From Mediterraneibacter gnavus (GTDB lineage Bacteria > Pseudomonadota > Alphaproteobacteria > RF32 > CAG-239): a stretch of DNA of 56,579 nucleotides. The notes below the pieces were generated by a model. The model worked only from the letters and a program-made list of their open reading frames with translations, ran no database searches and was not told where the DNA came from. This document shows, one piece after another, positions 27,653 through 36,561 of the stretch. The position numbers and the translations under genes were made by a program. How positions within the stretch are numbered: the first letter of the stretch is position 1; each line of letters starts with the position of its first letter. Location of the stretch: positions 1 through 56,579 of the forward strand of contig CAVEOB010000004.1 in NCBI GenBank assembly GCA_963617265.1. The letters run 5' to 3'.

Positions 27653-29938
27653 ATGACTAAGAGAATGTTGATTGACGACACTCAACCGGAAGAAACCCGC
27701 GTTGTGATTGTTGATGGCAACAAAGTTGAAGATGTGGAATTTGAATCATCTTCCCGTAAACAAATCAAAGGCAATATTTACACAGCTAAAGTAATTCGCA
27801 TTGAACCGTCTTTGCAAGCCGCTTTTATTGATTACGGCGGAAACAAGCACGGTTTTTTGGCTTTTAATGAAATTCATCCGGACTACTACAATGTTTCAGA
27901 AGAAGTTTTGAATGAAGTCAACGCCGAAGTTGATGAAATTATCAATAACAAAATTCAATATTTGAAAGAGCGCGAAGCAGAAAAAGCCCGTTATAGAGCA
28001 GAAAAAGAGGCTTTGGAAGCACAGCGCCGTTTGGAAGCTGAACAAGCTCAGGAAATTGAAGAATCTCAGTTGGAACCAGCGCAAAACGTTATTCCAGAAA
28101 ATGATGATTATTTGCAAGGCAATAGCGAATCTGCCGAAGAAGTTTCTGCTGAAACAGCCTCAACTGAAACAACCGCCGCAGCAGAAAGCAGCGAATCCGC
28201 TGCCGAAGAAAACGAGGAAGCCGCCGCTGAAGAGACAACAGCTGAAACAGCTCCGAAAAAACGCCGCCGCTACACCCGCCGTCCGCGTAAAAAAGCCGAA
28301 TCACCAAAGACTATGGCTGATGCCACCGGCACCGATGACGAATCAATAGAAGAAGACTGCGTTGATGACGATGAAGAAGATACTGATGAAGAATCGGCTG
28401 AATACAATTTTGATTTGCAGCGCAAGCTTTTACGCGCACGCAAACTGTTTCACCGCAGCACCATTCAAGAAGTGATTAAAGAAGGGCAAACTCTTTTGGT
28501 TCAGGTTGTTAAAGAAGAGCGCGGCAACAAAGGCGCTGCCTGCACCACTTATATTTCTTTAGCCGGACGCTATTGCGTTTTGATGCCTAACCGCATTAAA
28601 AGCGGCGGTGTTTCACGCAAAATCACCAACGCCAATGACCGCAAGCGCTTAAAAGGAATTATCAAAGAACTGCCGCTTAATCCGGAAATGTCGCTGATTG
28701 TGCGCACCGCCGGAGAAGACAAGACCAAAGCAGATATTGTGCGCGACTACAACTACCTTATCCGCACCTGGAACGCAATCCGCTACAGCGCTTTGCGCAA
28801 CCAGCCGCCGGCAATTATTTATGAAGAAGGCAACTTGATTAAGCGTGCTTTGCGCGACATGTACACTAAAGATATTTCCGAAGTGATTATTGACGGCGAC
28901 GCCGCTTATCAGACAGCGCGCAATTTTGTAAAAATTTTGTCGCCGCATAATTTGAAACACATCAAGTGCCGCCGTCCAGGTGAAGCTCCGGTGTTCCAGC
29001 GTTTTCAAATTGAGGCTCAGCTGGATAAGCTGCATAATCCGATTGTTCAGTTAGAATCCGGCGGCTATTTGGTAATTAACCCAACCGAAGCTTTAGTTTC
29101 TATTGATGTAAACTCCGGACGCGCTACCAAAGAAAAAGATATTGAAGAAACCGCACTCAAAACCAACTTGGAAGCTGCCGATGAAATTGCTAAGCAGCTG
29201 AAAATGCGCGACCTTGCTGGCTTGGTTGTGGTTGACTTTATTGATATGTACGAGCTGCAAAACAATGTGGCGGTAGAAAAGCGTATGAAAGAGGCGATGA
29301 AAGACGACCGAGCCCGTATTCAAATTGCTAAAATGAGCATTTTCGGACTGCTGGAAATTTCTCGCCAACGCATGCACTCTTCATTTATGGAAAGCAACTA
29401 CGAGACCTGTCCATACTGCCACGGTCACGGGGTTGTCCGTACTATCGAATCTGGAGCAACTTTGATTTTGCGCGCTATTGAAGGTGAAGCCGTACGCGGT
29501 CAAAATATGAAAATCACCGCTACTGTTCCGGCAGATATCGCCGCATATTTGCTGAACCAAAAGCGCAAACAGCTAGCAGCCTTGGAAGAACAATATCAAA
29601 TCTGCGTTATTATTGCTGGCGGCGCGTCTATGAAAGATGCTTCTGATTTCAAGATTGAGCGGGAAAAACTACCGAATACAATTACTTGCAAAGAAGCGGC
29701 AACAACCTGCTATGAAGCAGATAACATTGAAGCTAATGATGAAAATGAGGCTGAAGACAGCAGCGAATCCTTTGAAGAAGACAACAACACAGAAAGCCGC
29801 CGTTTCCGCAAAGGCGGACGCAGCCGCCGTTTCCGCCGCGATAGAAAATCTTTTGAACGGACGGAAAAAGCTGTTCCGCAGCCGGTTGAAGAACCTAAGC
29901 CGGAGAAAAAATCATGGTGGAAAAAACTTATCGGCTAA
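27653..29938 (+). CDS. rne: Ribonuclease E
   Basis: MTKRMLID start (GGGG 7 nt upstream), S1 domain, catalytic core (SIDVNSG), Zn-link CPYCHGHG and acidic/Arg-rich insert and tail. The ORF-track start at 27635 is probably too far upstream. Confidence 0.9.
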   Translation: MTKRMLIDDTQPEETRVVIVDGNKVEDVEFESSSRKQIKGNIYTAKVIRIEPSLQAAFIDYGGNKHGFLAFNEIHPDYYNVSEEVLNEVNAEVDEIINNKIQYLKEREAEKARYRAEKEALEAQRRLEAEQAQEIEESQLEPAQNVIPENDDYLQGNSESAEEVSAETASTETTAAAESSESAAEENEEAAAEETTAETAPKKRRRYTRRPRKKAESPKTMADATGTDDESIEEDCVDDDEEDTDEESAEYNFDLQRKLLRARKLFHRSTIQEVIKEGQTLLVQVVKEERGNKGAACTTYISLAGRYCVLMPNRIKSGGVSRKITNANDRKRLKGIIKELPLNPEMSLIVRTAGEDKTKADIVRDYNYLIRTWNAIRYSALRNQPPAIIYEEGNLIKRALRDMYTKDISEVIIDGDAAYQTARNFVKILSPHNLKHIKCRRPGEAPVFQRFQIEAQLDKLHNPIVQLESGGYLVINPTEALVSIDVNSGRATKEKDIEETALKTNLEAADEIAKQLKMRDLAGLVVVDFIDMYELQNNVAVEKRMKEAMKDDRARIQIAKMSIFGLLEISRQRMHSSFMESNYETCPYCHGHGVVRTIESGATLILRAIEGEAVRGQNMKITATVPADIAAYLLNQKRKQLAALEEQYQICVIIAGGASMKDASDFKIEREKLPNTITCKEAATTCYEADNIEANDENEAEDSSESFEEDNNTESRRFRKGGRSRRFRRDRKSFERTEKAVPQPVEEPKPEKKSWWKKLIG

Positions 29939-31278
29939 TCCGAAAAATTTATTTTCTATGTTCCTTGAGCTTATGCGCCGCCTTTCCTTTTAAGACGGCG
30001 CTAAGTCAAGGATTAACCCTAATCTCTGACGCCGAAACCGAAAGCTATGTAGCCAAGGTAGTGCAGCCTCTGTTCAAAGCCGCCGGCGTCAATTTTAATT
30101 CCAACAACATTTTTATTGTCAACGATAATTCTTTAAACGCTTTTGTCAGCGACGGCAATTATCTGTTTGTAAATACCGGAACTTTGCTGAATATTGACGA
30201 CACAAACGAACTATCCGGAATTTTGGCGCACGAAACCGGACATATTTTAGGCGGTCACATCGTACGGCAAAAATTAAAACTGGAAAAAATGCAATATGTT
30301 ATGCTGGGCTCGATGCTGGCAGCCGGAGCCGCCGCTGTTTCCACCGGACGTGGCGACGCCGCAATGGCGGTTATTTTAGGCTCGCAAAGCTCTGCCTTGA
30401 ACAGCATGCTGAATTATCAGGTGGAAGAAGAACGCAGCGCCGATGAAAGCGCCGTTAAATTATTGTCCCAAACCCAGCAATCAACCGCAGGACTAAAGCG
30501 TTTTATGCGCAAAATCAAGCAGCAAAACGCCTTGAGTGGCATTGATGAAAGCGACTATTTCCGCACTCACCCGATGACAAACGAGCGTATCAGCCACTTT
30601 AACGAAGCGGCAAAGGAAAATCATTTTAGCATAGCAAACAAACTAGACGCAGATTTGGCGATGATAAAAGCTAAACTTGCCGCTTTTATGATGGATACAG
30701 CCAAAGTAAAACGTTTGTATCCTGTGAGCAGAAACGACGCGCCGGCTCGTTATGCCCACGCGGTTTTAGATTTTAGAATTGGCAACATTGCAGCTGCATT
30801 GGCAGAAATGAACAATTTAATTGCGCAGCAGCCGAATAATCCATATTTTTATGAACTTAAAGGGCAGTTTTTATTTGAAAGCGGACGAGTTGCTGACAGT
30901 GCGGCAGCCTATGAAAAAGCATTGAAGCTTTTGCCGAACTCTCCGCTGCTTAAAATCAGTTTGGCGCAGGCAATTATAGAAAATTCGCCAAGCAAGCAGC
31001 AAGCGCAAAAAGTAGCAAATTTATTGCAGCAATCGCTTATCAGCGTGCCGACGGCAACCGGCTGGCAGCTTTTAGCCCGCGCCTATGACATCTGCGGGGA
31101 AAAAGCGGCTTCTTATTACGCCGCCGCTGAATTTAATTATGCCATCGGCAACTTAGATGGAGCGCAAAAGCAAGTGACGCGCGCTAAAAAAGCCAAACCG
31201 ATGAAATCTGTTTCGCTTAAACTAGAAGATTTGGACGAACGGATTAAAGCTGAGCTAAAAGAACGCCGCGCTTTCTAG
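29914..31278 (+). CDS. M48-family zinc metallopeptidase with C-terminal TPR domain (BepA-like)
   Basis: Signal-like N-terminus, HExxH (LAHETGHILGGH) and TPR-like C-terminal half. Overlaps the rne 3' end by 25 nt. Confidence 0.8.
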   Translation: MVEKTYRLIRKIYFLCSLSLCAAFPFKTALSQGLTLISDAETESYVAKVVQPLFKAAGVNFNSNNIFIVNDNSLNAFVSDGNYLFVNTGTLLNIDDTNELSGILAHETGHILGGHIVRQKLKLEKMQYVMLGSMLAAGAAAVSTGRGDAAMAVILGSQSSALNSMLNYQVEEERSADESAVKLLSQTQQSTAGLKRFMRKIKQQNALSGIDESDYFRTHPMTNERISHFNEAAKENHFSIANKLDADLAMIKAKLAAFMMDTAKVKRLYPVSRNDAPARYAHAVLDFRIGNIAAALAEMNNLIAQQPNNPYFYELKGQFLFESGRVADSAAAYEKALKLLPNSPLLKISLAQAIIENSPSKQQAQKVANLLQQSLISVPTATGWQLLARAYDICGEKAASYYAAAEFNYAIGNLDGAQKQVTRAKKAKPMKSVSLKLEDLDERIKAELKERRAF

Positions 31279-31346
31279 TTGAGGCGTCCATTTTTAAATG
31301 GTCGATTTTTGCACGCTTAGGGCATTCTTGTGCTTTGATTTTAGGG

Positions 31347-31374
31347 TTGACTTATGGCGTGAGGCTGCTATAGA
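31347..31374 (+). promoter_or_regulatory. Sigma-70-like promoter of the second pilin-like locus
   Basis: TTGACT (31347-31352), 16-nt spacer, TATAGA (31369-31374), about 40 nt upstream of the SD and ATG at 31413. Confidence 0.55.
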
Positions 31375-31412
31375 CTATGTCTAATAATCAACATTAAAAT
31401 GAGGAAAGAAAG

Positions 31413-32326
31413 ATGAAAAATAAGCAAACAAAAGGTCTCTCTCTCTCTCTGCGAATCCTATACGTCTGATTAGAGGCGCTTTTTCTGCCATTCAGCACGT
31501 TTTTGCAGGGTTTAGTAAAAAAATATACAGTTTTAAACACCCCTCTCTCTCAACGTCATGCTTGAGCGTGAGCGATAGCGAACTGTCTCGAGAATCCAGA
31601 AATAAAGAGTCCATATTCTTTAAGCGGATATACCATACTGGATCCTCGGCGAATGAGCTGACGCTCAAAGCCAATGATGACCATAAGAGTGTGCTGCAAA
31701 GTGGTCGTTCTATGATTGAAATGCTCGGAGTGTTGGCGATTATCGGTGTTTTATCTGTCGGCGGGATTGCAGGATTCACTAAAGCAATGCGCATGTATCG
31801 CTCGAATATTCAAAAAGAACTGCTGGTTCAGATTTTTGCCAATGCCATAAATTTGCGGTCAGAACTCGCCGCAATGAAAAATAATGTTTCAGGTAAAATA
31901 ACCTATATTTTTGATGTGTTAGGATTGGTTCCTGACGGTATAACCTATAAAAATGGCTGGCTCTATGATAAAGATGGCAATAATTTAGATGTTTATTATG
32001 GAATGGTTCGTTGGAATAATACTGATGGCAGCACTTCCAGCCGTTTAGAATATATGGTTCGGTTAGGATTACAGCATAATTCAGCAATGCTTTCTCCCAG
32101 CGCCGAAGATTTTTGTGAAAACGCTATATTTGTGGCTCAGCAAAATATCAAAGATATTGAAAAAGTTGTAATGTTTCAATACGATAAAGATGCTTTAAAT
32201 CACAATAAAGCCACAACCTTTACTCAAAATAGACTTAGATCAATAACCATAGCAGAAGCGCAAAGCCTTTGTCGGTGGTGCAACATAGATGAAGCTTGCA
32301 CTTTGCAGCTATACATTTATCCTTAA
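31413..32326 (+). CDS. Type IV pilin/pseudopilin-like paralogue; start codon currently out of frame (putative phase-OFF)
   Basis: G-RSMIEMLGVLAIIGVLSVGG with the Gly codon at 31703. The pilin frame is open from 31424 to 32326 but has no nearby ATG. A promoter, SD (GAGGAAAG) and ATG at 31413 sit in another frame that stops at TGA 31467. The two frames are separated by a (CT)7 tract. Confidence 0.6.
31436..31450 (+). repeat. Dinucleotide simple-sequence repeat T(CT)7 inside the 5' coding region
   Basis: tctctctctctctct lies directly after codon 8 (GGT) of the ATG-initiated frame. Confidence 0.95.
31619..31673 (+). repeat. 55-bp repeat, copy 1 (inside the pilin-like leader)
   Basis: tttaagcggatataccatactggatcctcggcgaatgagctgacgctcaaagcca; 48/55 identical to 44827-44881, with the last 33 nt at 32/33. 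Confidence 0.85.
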
Positions 32327-32359
32327 TAAATATCTGTCTGATATTTTGGTTTTAGGCAG

Positions 32360-32842
32360 CTATTTATAGGAAACAGATGTGCGGTAATGACTGCGGGTGA
32401 TCGCCATTGCCAAAGCGTCGGAAGCATCGTTATTTTTCGGCTTGCACCCTGGGAGTAAAATTTTCACCATGGTTTCAACCTGATTTTTATCGGCATGCCC
32501 AACACCGACCAGCGCTTTTTTAACCTTAGTCGGGTCAAATTCAAACAGCGGCAAATGATAGTGACCAGCAGCCAAAATAACCACGCCGCGAGCCATACTC
32601 AATTTAAGAGACGTTTCCGGATTGGAATTAAGAAAAGTTTTTTCAATTGCCGCTTCCACCGGCTGATAGGTTTCAATAACTTCGCTCAACGTGTTAAAAA
32701 TTATATCCAGCCGCTCTTCTATCGGCAATTTGGGAGAAGTAGGAATAAAACCGTCCGCAACATATTGCAGACGGTTTGCATTCACTTCAATAACCCCCCA
32801 CCCCGTGGAGGATAGACTTGGATCAAGCCCCAAGATACGCAT
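32360..32842 (-). CDS. ruvC: Crossover junction endodeoxyribonuclease RuvC
   Basis: MRILGLDPSLSSTGWGVIE and full-length RuvC-like sequence. Its ATG overlaps the yebC stop (TAATG). Confidence 0.93.
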   Translation of the reverse strand: MRILGLDPSLSSTGWGVIEVNANRLQYVADGFIPTSPKLPIEERLDIIFNTLSEVIETYQPVEAAIEKTFLNSNPETSLKLSMARGVVILAAGHYHLPLFEFDPTKVKKALVGVGHADKNQVETMVKILLPGCKPKNNDASDALAMAITRSHYRTSVSYK

Positions 32843-33600
32843 TATTCCTCACCGGATAATTGAGCCATAACGTCTTCGGCGATTTCTGCGTTGTGGTAAA
32901 CATGCTGAACGTCCTCGTCATCTTCCAAAGCGTCAACAAATTCCAAAAACTTACGAGCGCTGGCAACATCATTAATGTCAACTTTAACTGTCGGTTTCCA
33001 ATCCAAACGAGAAGCAGACGGAGTACCGTATTTAGCTTCCAAAGCGCTGGTAACTGCAGACAAGTCGTCCGGCAAAGTTTCAATTTCATGAAAGTTCTCA
33101 TCTGAAACAACTTCATTAGCGCCGGCTTCCAAAGCTGCTTCAAACATTTCATCAGCGCTGGCAACAGATGCCGGATATTGAATATAGCCGATGCGTTCAA
33201 AGTTGAAAGCAACCGAACCGTTTTCTCCCATAGAACCGCCGCGTTTACCAAAAATGGTGCGCACATTGCCGGCAGTACGGTTTTTGTTATCGGTCAAAGC
33301 CTCTACAATTACGGCAACTTTGCCTGAAGAAAAACCTTCATAGCGCATAGACACAAAGTCTGCGCCGCCAGCCACGGTGGTAGCTTTGGCAATAGCGCGT
33401 TCAATATTGTCTTTCGGCATACTTTCGGCACGAGCAGCCTGAATAGCCAAACGCAAACGCGGGTTCTTATCCGGTTCAGGCAAACCGCTTTTTGCGGCTA
33501 CGGTAATTTCACGGGCTAATTTAGCGAAAACGCGTGCTTTTTTTGCATCTTGAGCGCCTTTTCTGTACATAATATTCTTAAATTGGGAATGTCCTGACAT
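32842..33600 (-). CDS. yebC: YebC/PmpR-family transcriptional regulator
   Basis: MSGHSQFKNIMYRKGAQDAKKA is a canonical YebC N-terminus. The ATG at 33600 is preceded by GAGGAG. Confidence 0.92.
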   Translation of the reverse strand: MSGHSQFKNIMYRKGAQDAKKARVFAKLAREITVAAKSGLPEPDKNPRLRLAIQAARAESMPKDNIERAIAKATTVAGGADFVSMRYEGFSSGKVAVIVEALTDNKNRTAGNVRTIFGKRGGSMGENGSVAFNFERIGYIQYPASVASADEMFEAALEAGANEVVSDENFHEIETLPDDLSAVTSALEAKYGTPSASRLDWKPTVKVDINDVASARKFLEFVDALEDDEDVQHVYHNAEIAEDVMAQLSGEE

Positions 33601-33690
33601 TCTTAATCTCCTCAAAAACTTGATTCTTTTATGGAATTTTTATAGCCTAACAGCGTAAATTTTCAAGTTTTTTTTGCAAAAAAACACAAA

Positions 33691-34587
33691 TTATTGATTA
33701 TCGTCCGCTAATTCGACCTTAGTCAGCAAAAAATCCGGTGTGCGGCGACCAAAAGTATGGAACTTGCGCATTAAGCTCATCGCCTCGCTGTCTTTAGGAT
33801 TTCCCTCGCGTTTATCGGCATTTCTGTGGCGCTCGCCACGTTGTTCGCGGCGGTCTTTACGTTCTGGACGAACCTTATTTTCTGCTGTCGGTTCGGCTTT
33901 TTCTGCAACCGGTTCAGCATTTGTCTTTGCAGATTCTGCCTCAACTGCAGCCGGAGCGCTTTCATTTTGCACAGCTTCCTGCTCTTTGGCGCGGTCGATT
34001 TTGATTTCTGCCGGAGTTTTTAAGATTTTATCTAAAATATCCTGCGTTTCTTTGGAACGGCGGTTGGTAAACACAATATTCTGCTTATCGGCAGGCAAAA
34101 CTTCCAAAACCTGTTCCAAATTTTGCAGCTGATGCAGTTTTTTGATAAGGTTAATGTCATCAACCACCAAAATATTGATATTTGACAAATCCAATTTATC
34201 TTCTTTCAGCAAATCCACCAACAAACTTGGAGATGCGATAATCACATTTGCCTCATCGTTAACATTTTCCTCATTATCGGTTAAAGCCGTTTCGCTGATT
34301 TCGTGATATTTGTTAAATACGGCAAAGCGGTCTGAAACAATCACCGACTGCTTGGAATTTGCGGTTATAACCAAAATATTCTGCGCCTCATGGCGGGCAA
34401 TAATATCTATCAGCGGAAAAACATAGGAACAAGTTTTGCCGCAGCCAGCAGGAGCAATGGCAAACACGTCTTTTCCTGCCAAAATAGATGGAATAACATC
34501 TGACTGCACGGTTGTCGGCACAGAAATTCCAGCTTCGTTGATTGCTTTTATGGTGGTTTCAGTTAAACCTAATTCTTTAAAATCCAT
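33691..34587 (-). CDS. Degenerate DEAD-box helicase domain-1-only protein with basic tail
   Basis: Q-motif-like TTVQSDVIP, motif I APAGCGKT, motif II VVDDIN in place of DEAD, and FTN in place of SAT. There is no helicase C-terminal domain; the tail is Arg/Lys/Glu-rich. Confidence 0.55.
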   Translation of the reverse strand: MDFKELGLTETTIKAINEAGISVPTTVQSDVIPSILAGKDVFAIAPAGCGKTCSYVFPLIDIIARHEAQNILVITANSKQSVIVSDRFAVFNKYHEISETALTDNEENVNDEANVIIASPSLLVDLLKEDKLDLSNINILVVDDINLIKKLHQLQNLEQVLEVLPADKQNIVFTNRRSKETQDILDKILKTPAEIKIDRAKEQEAVQNESAPAAVEAESAKTNAEPVAEKAEPTAENKVRPERKDRREQRGERHRNADKREGNPKDSEAMSLMRKFHTFGRRTPDFLLTKVELADDNQ

Positions 34588-34605
34588 TTTAACCTCTTTT
34601 ATTCA

Positions 34606-36471
34606 TTAAACTTCTGGTACAGAAACTTTTGTTTGCTTTTCCGGCGGAACCGGCGTCTGCTCGGTACGGTCTATTTTTTTGCCGGCAAGCACTTCTTTAA
34701 TTTCTTCTCCGGTCAAAGTTTCATATTCCATTAAAGCCTGCGCTAAAGTTTCCAGTTCATTGTCATTTTCTTTCAAAATTTTCGCAGCTTCATCATGAGC
34801 TTCCGTAACCAAACGCTTAATTTCCGAATCTACCAAACGCGCGGTTTCTTCGCTCATATTTTGATTTTGCGTAACGCTGCGACCTAAGAAAACTTCATTA
34901 GAATTTTCAGCATACATCACAGGTCCCAAAACATCGCTCATACCCCATTCGGTAACCATAGCCCGAGCCAAATTGGTAGCAGCGGCAATATCTGACGACG
35001 CGCCGGAAGTAACTTTGTCATAGCCGAACTTCAGCTCTTCGCTCACTCTTCCGCCCATGCAGATAATCAAACGAGACAGCATTTTAGCGCGGGTATACGA
35101 ATATTGGTCTTTTTCCGGCAGCTGCTGCACCATTCCCAAAGCTCTGCCTCTTGGAATAATTGTAGCCTTATGGATAGGGTCGGTTTCTTTAACATGCAGC
35201 GAGCAAATAGCGTGACCAGCTTCATGATAAGCAGTCAGTTTCTTTTCCTGCTCGTCCATAGCCATAGACTTGCGCTCGCTGCCCATCAAAACTTTATCTT
35301 TGGCATTGTCAAAATCTTCGGCAGTAACTTTGCGCTTGTTGCGGCGGGCAGCCAGCAAAGCCGCCTCGTTCACCAAATTAGCCAAATCGGCACCGGAAAA
35401 ACCAGGGGTTCCGCGGGCAACAACCGACAAATCCACATCACGTGCCAACGGCACTTTGCGGACATGCACATTCAAAATTGCCTCACGTCCTTTAACATCA
35501 GGATTGCTGACCGTAACCTGTCTATCAAAACGCCCTGGACGCAGCAAAGCCGGATCCAAAACATCTGGACGGTTGGTAGCGGCTATCAAAATAACATTCT
35601 CGTTTGGCTCAAAGCCGTCCATTTCCACCAAAAGCTGGTTAAGTGTCTGTTCGCGCTCGTCGTTGCCGCCGCCCAAACCAGCGCCGCGGTGACGTCCTAC
35701 AGCATCTATTTCATCAATAAACAGCAAGCAAGGCGAGTTCTTTTTGGCTTGGGCAAACATATCGCGTACGCGAGAGGCGCCGACACCAACAAACATTTCA
35801 ACAAAATCTGAGCCGGAAATAGAGAAAAACGGCACATTTGCCTCTCCGGCAACAGCTTTTGCCAGCAATGTTTTACCGGTTCCCGGAGGTCCGACCAGCA
35901 AAACTCCCTTTGGAATTTTACCGCCTAAACGCTGGAACTTTTGCGGATCTTTCAAAAAGTCAACAATTTCTTCAAGCTCTTGCTTGGATTCATCAGCTCC
36001 GGCAACATCGTTAAACGTAACACGCTTGGTGTTTTCAACTAAACGAGCACGCGACTTGCCGAAACTCATAGCCTTGTTGTTTCCGGCACTGGCTTGGCGC
36101 ATAAAGAAAACCCAAACGCCAATAAGCAAAATCATCGGGAACCAGGAAATTACAATGCTCCAAAATGTGTCGCCAGCAGTATCCTGAGGCTTAGCATCAA
36201 CCCGCACATTGTTCGCCAGCAACGTATCAACCGTTGTCGGGCTGTACGGAGCATAAGTCATATACTTTTTGCCGTCGGTCGATACGCTGTAAATTTGCGC
36301 ACCAGTCATGGTTACACCGGAAATGCGTTTGCCTTTAACTTCATTCATAAAATCGGAAAATGCTAAATTTTCATAGCCGGAGGAAAAATTCTTATTCTCC
36401 ATAAAACTCATTGCAAAAGAGAGTGCCACAAAGGCTAACAACCAAATAATCGCATTTTTTCCAAATCTCAT
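34606..36471 (-). CDS. ftsH: ATP-dependent zinc metalloprotease FtsH
   Basis: Two TM helices, Walker [12 protein letters not shown], an SRH region and HEAGHA. Confidence 0.97.
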   Translation of the reverse strand: MRFGKNAIIWLLAFVALSFAMSFMENKNFSSGYENLAFSDFMNEVKGKRISGVTMTGAQIYSVSTDGKKYMTYAPYSPTTVDTLLANNVRVDAKPQDTAGDTFWSIVISWFPMILLIGVWVFFMRQASAGNNKAMSFGKSRARLVENTKRVTFNDVAGADESKQELEEIVDFLKDPQKFQRLGGKIPKGVLLVGPPGTGKTLLAKAVAGEANVPFFSISGSDFVEMFVGVGASRVRDMFAQAKKNSPCLLFIDEIDAVGRHRGAGLGGGNDEREQTLNQLLVEMDGFEPNENVILIAATNRPDVLDPALLRPGRFDRQVTVSNPDVKGREAILNVHVRKVPLARDVDLSVVARGTPGFSGADLANLVNEAALLAARRNKRKVTAEDFDNAKDKVLMGSERKSMAMDEQEKKLTAYHEAGHAICSLHVKETDPIHKATIIPRGRALGMVQQLPEKDQYSYTRAKMLSRLIICMGGRVSEELKFGYDKVTSGASSDIAAATNLARAMVTEWGMSDVLGPVMYAENSNEVFLGRSVTQNQNMSEETARLVDSEIKRLVTEAHDEAAKILKENDNELETLAQALMEYETLTGEEIKEVLAGKKIDRTEQTPVPPEKQTKVSVPEV

Positions 36472-36530
36472 CAGATTTTCCTTAAAAAAAATAAATTCTC
36501 CGCACTATATATCTGCACTATATATAAGTT

Positions 36531-36561
36531 GAAAAATGAGAAAACTCAAGACTTTTCTCAT
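36531..36561 (-). terminator. Intrinsic terminator after the methyltransferase gene
   Basis: Minus strand: AUGAGAAAA-GUCUUGAG-UUUUCUCAU followed by UUUUU, immediately after the stop at 36562. Confidence 0.75.

Noticed and set aside
31543-31551. A second short CT run ((CT)4) in the pilin-like leader as an additional phase switch.
   Set aside because: Four units is too short for appreciable slippage, and the frame logic is already satisfied by the (CT)7 tract.
31437-31705. The intervening sequence between MKNKQTKG and RSMIEML as a self-splicing group I (or II) intron, or a translational bypass element.
   Set aside because: A U-ended 5' exon and G-ended intron can be found only because the CT tract offers U in every frame. 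I could see no P3-P7 core, GNRA-receptor or domain V features. The two paralogues' inserts are not homologous, and the open +2 frame is better explained by SSR phase variation.
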